From a virus: a DNA stretch of 64,000 nucleotides. Positions within the stretch are counted from its first letter, which is position 1, and the number at the start of each line of letters is the position of its first letter. A program made the translations under genes and the position numbers. The stretch lies in the IMG/VR virus record IMGVR_UViG_3300037071_003688, one strand, 5' to 3'. The notes under the pieces were generated by a model. That model saw nothing but the letters and a program-made list of their open reading frames with translations. It was not told the origin of the DNA and made no database searches. Positions 1-8,400 of this stretch are shown piece by piece.

Positions 1-101
1 GAGGAGTTCCGCGCCGAACGCCAGGCGCTCGTCCGCTTCGATCCGTGCTGCCATTCGGCGGTCCTGCTCAACGCTTCCACGAACAGTGGTGGCGGCGGCT
101 G

Positions 102-218
102 ATGCCGCGCTGGGGCCAGTTCGTGATCGGGGTCGTCGCGACAGTGGCGATCTTCGCGCTGGCCCCGTTCATGGCGTCGCGCCGCAACCCGTACCGGCGC
201 GGTGTCCGCTACGAGTGA
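102..218 (+). CDS. Small membrane protein (38 aa, MPRWGQFVIGVVATVAIFALAPFMASRR...)
   Basis: TGATG coupling to the partial ORF ending at 102; one hydrophobic segment and a basic tail; not in the ORF track. Confidence 0.55.
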   Translation: MPRWGQFVIGVVATVAIFALAPFMASRRNPYRRGVRYE

Positions 219-224
219 GACGCG

Positions 225-557
225 ATGAGAACGACGCAGGCGTGCGGACCGGGCGAGTACGAACAGGGCGTGATGCCGACCGTGCGCGCCACGTACACCG
301 GCATCCCCGACCCGGGTGAAACCGAGGGCGACCTGTTCAACCCGACGACGATCACCGTCACCACCAAGTCACCATCGGGAGTCTTGACCGTCTACACGAC
401 GCCGACCGCCGAGATCTCCTCGACCGAGACCGGCTACTGGGACTTCAACTTCCCTGACCCGCTGACCGAGACCGGCAAGTGGGTCGTCACGTTCGTCGGT
501 GGAGGCGCGTCGAAGTCGACGTGGTTCACCATTGTCCGCGCCGCCGTCTACGTCTGA
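225..557 (+). CDS. Small beta-rich virion protein, possible Ig-like fibre adaptor
   Basis: Thr-rich beta-strand pattern (NPTTITVTTKSPSG...TGYWDF...GKWVVTF); first gene of the fibre module. Confidence 0.6.
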   Translation: MRTTQACGPGEYEQGVMPTVRATYTGIPDPGETEGDLFNPTTITVTTKSPSGVLTVYTTPTAEISSTETGYWDFNFPDPLTETGKWVVTFVGGGASKSTWFTIVRAAVYV

Positions 558-643
558 GGCGGTCCCCGAATGACAACGAGAGATCCACTAGATTCCTCTC
601 GCGTAGTTTCCCCGACGTAGTTCACCCGGCCGAGGAGTGGTAA

Positions 644-1108
644 ATGGCAAGCGTCAACTGGTTGACCAACAAGGGCAAGTTGAAGCTGATGCAGGGGTCG
701 TGGGATGACTCGGGCGGCACGGCGATCCGGCTCGGCCTCATCAACGGCACGTCGCGGCCGACGACGATCGACACCGCCGCCGAGGTCGCCGACGTCAACT
801 TCGTGTCCGACTTCCTCGGCCTCTCAGGCGTGGTCGAGTTGACGGTCGCCGGGTACTCGCGTCAGAACCTCACCCGCTCGAACGCGACCGAGGACGACAC
901 CAACGACCGGGTCAACATGGACGCTTCCGATGTCGTGATCTCCGGTGTCGCCGCGGGCGAAACGATCATCGGTGGGTTCGTGTTCGAGTTTGTCACGAAC
1001 GACGCCGACAGCCCGGTGATCAGCGTGTTCCTGTTGGACGCGCCTGGCATCCCGACCAACGGGTCAGACATCACGTTGACCATCACCGATCTCTACCGAG
1101 CCTCGTAG
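644..1108 (+). CDS. Putative major fibre/filament subunit (154 aa)
   Basis: Strong RBS GAGGAG; motifs ELTVAGYSRQ, DASDVV, PTNGSDITLT resemble small phage fibre-forming structural proteins. Confidence 0.65.
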   Translation: MASVNWLTNKGKLKLMQGSWDDSGGTAIRLGLINGTSRPTTIDTAAEVADVNFVSDFLGLSGVVELTVAGYSRQNLTRSNATEDDTNDRVNMDASDVVISGVAAGETIIGGFVFEFVTNDADSPVISVFLLDAPGIPTNGSDITLTITDLYRAS

Positions 1109-1120
1109 GAGGATAGAGCC

Positions 1121-1594
1121 ATGCCAGCACCATCCGGGTCCTACGCCGTCGTTCGATCGAACGTCGCGACCACCACAGCGATCACCGTCATCCAGGTCGC
1201 CACCCCGGCGAACGTGGCGATCGACATCATCCGTGCTTGGGGCGGGCAGTCGTCGTCCACGACGTCGACCGCGACCGCGCTCGGCCTCATCAAGAAGTCG
1301 GCCGCGGCGTCGGTGACGTCGCGGACCCCCGATCCGTTGACGGACGGTATGCAGGCATCGAAGTGCGTCGGTGGCGCCTCGGCGACCGGCATCAACGCTT
1401 CGGCGGAAGGCACCGACGCCGCGAACTACCTGTGGAACGAGGGGTTGAACATCGTCGGCAACGGCTGCCTGTACCTCCCGGTCCCCGAGGAACGCATCGG
1501 TGTCGGACCGTCCGAGTTCATCGGCTTGAAGCACTCCGTCGCCCCGACCGGGAACTGGCTGCACGGCGTCACGTTCCTAGAGTTCAGCTACTAG
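1121..1594 (+). CDS. Small beta-sandwich virion protein (possible trimeric fibre decoration/adaptor)
   Basis: RBS GGAGG; A/T/S-rich beta protein ending VTFLEFSY; similar size and layout to 3845-4291. Confidence 0.6.
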   Translation: MPAPSGSYAVVRSNVATTTAITVIQVATPANVAIDIIRAWGGQSSSTTSTATALGLIKKSAAASVTSRTPDPLTDGMQASKCVGGASATGINASAEGTDAANYLWNEGLNIVGNGCLYLPVPEERIGVGPSEFIGLKHSVAPTGNWLHGVTFLEFSY

Positions 1595-1624
1595 ACCCCG
1601 CGAGCGGCGCGCTCGCGGGGACTA
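1592..1624 (+). terminator. GC-rich hairpin after the first structural genes
   Basis: CCCCGCGAGCG(1596-1606)-GCG-CGCTCGCGGGG(1610-1620) is a perfect 11-bp stem, extendable by TAG/CTA. Confidence 0.7.
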
Positions 1625-1634
1625 AGGTCGGATG

Positions 1635-1871
1635 ATGGGCAAGCTCCTCATGGTCGGCCGCAAGCTGGCCGTGCTCGGCGTCGACATGGACCGCCCCCTC
1701 GGGCCGTGGCACATCATGCAACCCGGTCGTCACGCGATCCCCCAAGTCGGCGAACAAGGCAAGACGATCGGCACGGCCCTGTGTGGCCGGTGGGCGATCA
1801 CCAACGGATACGCAGCCGACTTCGCACCGCAAGGCCAAGAACTCTGCCCAGCGTGCTCCGAGAGGCTGTAA
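1635..1871 (+). CDS. Small zinc-binding protein (H...LCG...CPAC)
   Basis: WH, ALCG and CPAC motifs; TAAGGT -10-like hexamer 6 nt before ATG 1635 (leaderless). Confidence 0.6.
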   Translation: MGKLLMVGRKLAVLGVDMDRPLGPWHIMQPGRHAIPQVGEQGKTIGTALCGRWAITNGYAADFAPQGQELCPACSERL

Positions 1872-1912
1872 TGGCACCGCCGATCACACCGGCAGGGCTG
1901 GTGATCGGCTGA
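1871..1912 (+). CDS. 13-aa coupling mini-ORF MAPPITPAGLVIG
   Basis: Starts in a TAATG overlap with the previous stop and ends in a TGATG overlap with the next start. Confidence 0.45.
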   Translation: MAPPITPAGLVIG

Positions 1913-3831
1913 TGGCCGCCGTTCTTGATGCAGCCTCCAATGATGTGTCGTCTGGTAGCTCGCACACGTTCAGCAAGACATGCACCGGGACAGCAACTAA
2001 CGGAATCCTCCTAGTCGCTGTCACCGTCAGCCACGGCTCGGGTGTCGGCACGGTGACACCGATGACCTGCACCTACGGCGGCGTGTCAATGACCGAGGTT
2101 CGATCCGGCACGGCATCGGGCACGCCCCTCTCAGGCTCGTCGGCCACGTCAGGTATGTGCTTGTTCTATCTGTTGAATCCGGCTGCCGGGGCGGCCAACA
2201 TCGTCGTCACCTACACCGGCAACTCACAGAGTTCCATCATCGCCGCATCGTCGTACATCAACTGCGGCGGCATCGAGAACGTCGCGTCAACAACGTCCAA
2301 CGGCGCTGCGAACTCGCCAACGTTGAGCATCACGTCAGCGAGAGGCAGCCGTGCCTTCTGCGCCGCAAGTCACGGTGACACGATCACCGGGGTCGGCACC
2401 GGAACAAACGAGCGCACACGTCGCAACGTCAACAACACCTTCGCTGGCAACAACATCGTCAGCGGCGACGAGGCTGGCGCAGCAACGGTCGACATGGACT
2501 TCACGTCCTCTGTCAGCGACCAGTGGGTGATGATCGGTCTCAATCTCAGGGCGGTGGCGATTGTCAATGACACCGAGGATGTCAACACCGGACTGGCCAA
2601 TCTTGTGTTCAGTGAGCCTGCCGGACTCGCCGTTGATGATCTGCTGCTGGCTTGCCTGGCGAGCTTTAGCAACGTCGGCGGTGTGATCGCTTCCCCTGGC
2701 AATATCACTGGGTTCACGTCGGTTGTGACGACTACTGCCGACGACGGGACATCGACCATCATGGGGCGGCTCACTCGACGGGTGGCCGATGGGACGGAAG
2801 GGCCGACCTACACGTCGGTTATTGCTGACGGGACGGGATCGTCGGGCAAGCTGCTTCGGATCACCGGAGTTGACACCACCAACCCGGTCAACAACACGGG
2901 TTCGACTGAGGGCACCGGCACGACGCTCACCTTCCCCGTCGTGGCGGTCGTCGGCACGGCGGTGTGCCTGGCGGTCGCAATGGTCAATGGCAACGGCGAC
3001 GTTTCGGGCGGGGCGACTGGCTGGACTCTATACGACGCCTACGACGGGGTTCCCGGTTCGGCGGCGATCTACTACAAGACCGTTTCCCCCGGCCAGTCCA
3101 CGAATGCCGCCACAATCGGTGGGCTGACTTCCGACACGTGGTCAGTGGACGTTGTACTGATTGCGGCGGCACATGTGCCTGTCTACGTCACCGAGACAAC
3201 CGACGACAACGGTGCCGGTGGTGACATCTCGTTCACCGAGCCAGCCAGCTTGGCGATTGCTGATCTGTTGTTGGCTGACATGGTGAACTACGGATCAGGC
3301 GGTCCCAACCCCGGCTTGATCAGCGGCTTCAACAACATCGCCACCGTCAACGGCGGTGTCACCCACGTACGCTCATGCTGGCGTGTTGCTGATGGCACCG
3401 AAGGCCCGACGTACACATCGACCGTCGCTGCCCCAACAGATTTCTCTGGTGGCGAGTTTCTTCACATCACAGATGTGGACCCTACGACACCGATTCACAA
3501 CTTCGGGACGAACAGCGGGTCGAGCAGCACGTTGACCTTGCCGTCAGTAGCCAACACGTCAGGACTGACATGCCTGGCCGTCGCTTACATCGCTCCCGAT
3601 GAGGCGATCACGGCGGACCCGGCCGGGTGGAACGTCATTGGCGGTGCAGGCTCGGGCCTGTATTGGAAGTACGTTGTTGACGGCGCATCGTCGGGGGCCG
3701 GGACTGCGACGGCTGTGGCGACGGCCGACTACTCGGCGGTCGTCGTCCTGGTCGTTGGCGTTCTCACCACCGTGCCACCGCCAGCCCTGATCTTCCCTCT
3801 GCCCATCCGCTCGGCGCTGCGTCTCAGGTAG
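1912..3831 (+). CDS. Three-domain adhesin/receptor-binding-like virion protein (639 aa)
   Basis: Real start MAAVLD at 1912 (TGATG); three ~200-aa beta domains; domains 2 and 3 clearly paralogous (FxEPAxLAxxDLLLA, RVADGTEGPTYTS, ITxVDxTxP, CLAVA); C-terminal PPPALIFPLPIRSALRLR. Confidence 0.75.
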   Translation: MAAVLDAASNDVSSGSSHTFSKTCTGTATNGILLVAVTVSHGSGVGTVTPMTCTYGGVSMTEVRSGTASGTPLSGSSATSGMCLFYLLNPAAGAANIVVTYTGNSQSSIIAASSYINCGGIENVASTTSNGAANSPTLSITSARGSRAFCAASHGDTITGVGTGTNERTRRNVNNTFAGNNIVSGDEAGAATVDMDFTSSVSDQWVMIGLNLRAVAIVNDTEDVNTGLANLVFSEPAGLAVDDLLLACLASFSNVGGVIASPGNITGFTSVVTTTADDGTSTIMGRLTRRVADGTEGPTYTSVIADGTGSSGKLLRITGVDTTNPVNNTGSTEGTGTTLTFPVVAVVGTAVCLAVAMVNGNGDVSGGATGWTLYDAYDGVPGSAAIYYKTVSPGQSTNAATIGGLTSDTWSVDVVLIAAAHVPVYVTETTDDNGAGGDISFTEPASLAIADLLLADMVNYGSGGPNPGLISGFNNIATVNGGVTHVRSCWRVADGTEGPTYTSTVAAPTDFSGGEFLHITDVDPTTPIHNFGTNSGSSSTLTLPSVANTSGLTCLAVAYIAPDEAITADPAGWNVIGGAGSGLYWKYVVDGASSGAGTATAVATADYSAVVVLVVGVLTTVPPPALIFPLPIRSALRLR

Positions 3832-3844
3832 GAGAATACGAACC

Positions 3845-4291
3845 ATGTCCCGATACTCAGCAGGAATGACAGCAGCCGGGGCTGGCACGTCCGGTGGAAC
3901 TGGCCGTCCGATCTTCGGCATCCTCGCCACCGCCGCGGTCACACCCAAGGTCCGAGAGATCGGCATCTTCAACACCACCGCCACCGCCTGCGCGTACCGT
4001 GTCGTGGCGGTCACGGGCGGCACACCGGGAGCGACCGTCACCGCCTACGCGACGGACCTCGGCATCCTCGGCACTCCCACCTGTCTCGCCAAGCAACTGT
4101 GGACCGCCGACATCTCATCCGCGCTCGACACCGGCTACCGCATCCAACTCGGAGCCGCGGTCGGTTCGGGCGGCATCCTCACGTTCGGCGACAACGGGCT
4201 ACGGACCGCGCTGGGTTCGACCATCGCCCTCGCCATCCAGCCGATCGGCACGGGCCAAGTGTGCGAGGTCTACTTCGTCTGGGACGAGTGA
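3845..4291 (+). CDS. Small beta-sandwich virion protein (possible trimeric decoration/adaptor)
   Basis: RBS AGGAG; KVREIGIF strand and C-terminal VYFVWDE; G/T/A-rich. Confidence 0.65.
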   Translation: MSRYSAGMTAAGAGTSGGTGRPIFGILATAAVTPKVREIGIFNTTATACAYRVVAVTGGTPGATVTAYATDLGILGTPTCLAKQLWTADISSALDTGYRIQLGAAVGSGGILTFGDNGLRTALGSTIALAIQPIGTGQVCEVYFVWDE

Positions 4292-4752
4292 GCTTGCGTG
4301 TCGTCGTGTCCGCCGCCAACAAGGACTGCCCCGCCCACCTCGCGTTGAACGCCGAAGGCGTCGACCACGACGTTGTCGGCCACGAGTTGAGTTACGCCGA
4401 ACAACTCGCCGCGTGGTGGCGCGACGGCGAAGGGTTCGTGTTGGTGGAGCATGACGTCGCTCCGTGGCCCGGCGCCATTGGACAACTGATCGGATGTCCC
4501 CGCGATTGGTGCGCCTACCGCTTTCCGAAGTACCAGCATCTGATCCGGTCGCTCGGCTGCGTCAAGTTCTCGACCCGGCTCGTTCGCATCTACCCGGATT
4601 TGCCGTACCGTTGGGAGGGCCTGGCGTTCAACGAGTTCGAGGGTCCGATGCTGTCAGCGATCGCCGACGTGTTGCGGGCCGAGTCTCCCGATCGCAAGCC
4701 GGTGTGTGAGCACTCGCCGCCCGTCGCGCACGTACATCGCGGGGAGGGTTAG
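4288..4752 (+). CDS. Minimal GT-A-fold glycosyltransferase-like protein (154 aa)
   Basis: GTGA overlap start; FVLVEHDVAPWPGAIGQL resembles the hhhhDxD...P...L motif, followed by LGCVKFS and a C-terminal VAH. Confidence 0.6.
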   Translation: MSLRVVVSAANKDCPAHLALNAEGVDHDVVGHELSYAEQLAAWWRDGEGFVLVEHDVAPWPGAIGQLIGCPRDWCAYRFPKYQHLIRSLGCVKFSTRLVRIYPDLPYRWEGLAFNEFEGPMLSAIADVLRAESPDRKPVCEHSPPVAHVHRGEG

Positions 4753-5469
4753 GTGGGGTTCCCGGCGATCGAGACGACCAACGAGTCGAGTACGAACACG
4801 GCAGGCACCAGCCACGTCGTGAGCCTCCCGGCAGGGATCGTCGCTACCGACCTTGTGCTGGTCCTGATGGACATCGGGTCGACGTCGGCGACGCTCAACG
4901 CGCTCACCAACTGGGGCGAGATCCTCGATGAGTCAGCCGCCAACGGATTGAAGATCCTGTGGTACACAGGCGGTGGCGTCCCCAGCAACCCGACGTTCAC
5001 ATCGTCGGCCAGCACGCGTGACGCCACGATCTCGTTGCGAATCTCGAACGCAGACAAGTCGATCACACCGCAAATCGCGACGACCGGCACCGGGACATCG
5101 GCGACGCCTGACCCGCCGTCAGTGACACCGACCGGGGGCGTCGTCAAGGACTACCTGTTCATCGTCATGGCCGGGATGGCGGGCGAGGAAGCCGACGACG
5201 ACACATGGGCCAACACGCCGCCCACCAACTACCTGCCGTCGCCGCCCTACCAGAAGTCGTGCGGCACCGCGGGCACCAACCTCGGTGGTCTGATCACCGT
5301 TGCCACCCGCCAGTTGAACACCGGGGCTGCACAAGATCCCGGCACGTTCGGTGTCGACGTGTCGGCCGCCTGGCGCACGCAGCACATCATCGTCCACCCC
5401 CTTCCGTCCATCATGCCGCCCGAAATCAAGATGCCGCCGATGGTGGCGCCCGCGAGGATCGGGTCCTGA
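4753..5469 (+). CDS. Single-domain adhesin-like virion protein, same domain family as 1912-3831
   Basis: SHVVSLPAGIVATDLVLV, PDPPSVT, AAWRTQHIIVHP; Pro-rich C-terminal tail MPPEIKMPPMVAPAR. Confidence 0.7.
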   Translation: MGFPAIETTNESSTNTAGTSHVVSLPAGIVATDLVLVLMDIGSTSATLNALTNWGEILDESAANGLKILWYTGGGVPSNPTFTSSASTRDATISLRISNADKSITPQIATTGTGTSATPDPPSVTPTGGVVKDYLFIVMAGMAGEEADDDTWANTPPTNYLPSPPYQKSCGTAGTNLGGLITVATRQLNTGAAQDPGTFGVDVSAAWRTQHIIVHPLPSIMPPEIKMPPMVAPARIGS

Positions 5470-8400
5470 TGGTCGCCTACAGGGTCCCCGCCCACAACCC
5501 GCCACGCCTCGCACCCCCGGTGTCGATGGCTGTCGGACCGTTGGCGGCACCACCGCTGACCATCGACATCCCGACCGGCGACATCACGTTCGCGACGGAC
5601 ACCCCCCCGGTCGTCACGGTCGTCCCTCAACTTGACTCACTGCTCAACGACCAGTCACGCCATCACCAGACCGTCCACACAGCGGTGCGCCGCGACCCTG
5701 ACCGGTCTGCGATCTGGAATCACTCAACACGATCGAGATATCAGCAACCCCCGTACCTACGAATCATAGACAACTTCAACCGAGGGACCGTCGACCTTGG
5801 GTACAACTGGCGGTTCCCGGGGCCAGGTGTAATCGACCTCGGGCCGCTAGTCCCACTGTCCATTGTCTCTGACGTCGTGCCTATCAGTTCGCCGCTGATC
5901 GGGGGGATGATCTGGCGTTCCAACAGATTCGCCGACATCCAGTCCGCGGAAGTGACCGTCACGATGGGAAGCGGCGACGGGACCGCTGGCGTCGTGCTTC
6001 TCGCACGGGACGGCAACCTTGACAACTGCTTCATCGCTGTATGGCGCGTCGACAGTGGGATCGGCACCTACAGGGTCTACGCGATCGTCAACGGCATCTC
6101 GGACATCGGCACATTCGCTGTCGCCCCAACATCGGGCACCATACGAATCAAGGGCGAATCCACCGGGACCGGCGTCCGCCTCTACGCCGATGGCGTTCTC
6201 CAACTGACCCGCCTTGATGCCTCGTTCACATCGGGGGATGTGGGCATAGCGGGGTGGGTCTCGACGGGGTCTGCAATCACGCTCGATGACTTCTCTGCGG
6301 AGCCGAGCGTCGAAGACATCCCGAACCTGGCCTACGACCATCGCTTCCTGCGCGGCGACATATTCCGCCGCCCGAACCTCGGGTTGCAGCCGTACAGCCA
6401 GGCGTTGCGTCGGCGATTCGAGGCTCCGCCGTACGTCATCAATCAGGAAGACGATCTAGCACCGATGCTGGTTGCGCAACGACGACCAGCAATCCACGCC
6501 GCGGTGCGTCCACGGCCTGATCGCACCGCACACCGGGCCTCGCTTCCGCGTTACCACCAGTTGCCGCCATTCGTGCTTGACGTCGCCCTGACGATCATCA
6601 TTCCGGTCGCGGATCTGATCTTCGCCGGTGTCGCCCCCACGATCGCGGGAACGGGCACGGCGACCATTCCGATCCCGCCGGGCGACATCACGTTCGCCGG
6701 TGTCGCACCCGACGTCGCGGTCGGCATGGACCCGTTGCTGTACGTCGACATCAATCGTCGCCGTTGGGCGCTCGCCGCCGCGGGTCGTCGCGGCCCACCG
6801 TGGCAGCGACCCACCCGCACCCGCACCACACAAGCCGTTCAGATCGCGGCGCAGACCATCGCGATCCCGCCCGGCGACCTGGTCATCACCGGCGTCGCAC
6901 CAACCGTCACCGGAACGGGCACGGCGACAATCCTCGAACCGACCGGTGCGATCACGTTCCTGGGCATCTCGCCGTTCGTCAGCGCGACCGGTGGCTTCAA
7001 CGTCCAAGTGCCGACAGGCGCGCTCACCATTGATGGCGTCGCGCCTGCGGTCACGACGGGCATGGACCCGTCGCTCATCGTTGACCAGAACCGCCGCCGC
7101 TCCACCCTCGCGATTGCCACCCGGCGAGATCCGGCTCGGCCGTGGCTGCGTTCACATCGCCTCAACGTTCCACTGGTCGCCTACCCGCAGACCATCGCGG
7201 TGCCGCCAGGCGACATCGTGCTCACCGGCGTCGAACCAGACGTCACCGCCGGGATGGACATCGCCCTCATCTACGACCAGAACCGGCGACGTTCCACAGT
7301 CAACACGGCTACCCGACGTGCCCCGGTTCAGCGGCCCGCGGTTCGGCGTGGCGGGACGATCCCGGGCGAAGCGCAGACGATCCCGATCCCACCGGCAGAC
7401 CTGACCCTCGTCGGCGTGGCGCCGATCGTGGCGGGCACCGGCACGGCCACCATCGCCGTCCCACCAGGCGCTCTCACGATTACCGGCGTAGCGCCCGTCG
7501 TCACCGCGACGGGCACCGCCACGATCCCCGTCCCACCAGGCCCGGTCACCCTCACCGGCGTCGCCCCCGTGGTCACATCGACAGGGACGGCGACGATCCT
7601 CGCGCCGACCGGTCAACTGACGATCAACGGCATCTCGCCGTTCGTGTCATCCACGGGCGGCTTCAACGTCCAGATCCCGACCGGCGCACTGACACTGACG
7701 GGCGTCGCCCCGGTCGTTGCCGGTTCGAGTACCGCGACGATCCTCGTCCCGCCCGGTCTGCTCACCATCGACGGCATCGCCCCGGACGTCACGACCGGCA
7801 TGGATCCGGCGCTATACGTCGACGTCAACCGTCGCCGCTCGACGCTGGCCGTCGCTGTCCGCCGACTCCCCGCCCGCTTCTGGGTGCGGCAGAGCAAGCT
7901 CGACCCGAACCTGATCGCGTTCCCGCAGACGATCGCGATCCCACCAGGCGACCTCACTCTGACCGGTGTGGCCCCTGTGGCCACCGCCACGGGCACAGCG
8001 ACGATCCTGACACCTGTCGGTGCGCTCACCATCGACGGCGTCGCTCCGAGCGTTGCAGGCACCGGAACGGCGACGATCCTCGCCCCGGTCGGGCTGATCA
8101 CGCTCACCGGGGTCGAACCGACGATCTTCGCCGGGGACGACCCCGTCTACCTCGCCGACGCCAACGCCGCCTACCGGCAGGCGGTCAACACCGCCGCATG
8201 GCGCAACCCGGACGCATCGGCGCCGTGGAAGTGGATGCTGCGCCGCCGCCGCTCGGATCGGCAGGGCGGTCTGCTCCCATCCGCGGTCGCGGCGGGCTTC
8301 CCGCTCGTTCCGAATGTCAACCGCAAGCAGCAGTTGCAGGTCCGCCTCGTAGCGGCCCGACGCGACGTCAACACCGCCGCCCAACGCGTGATGGCGCAAC

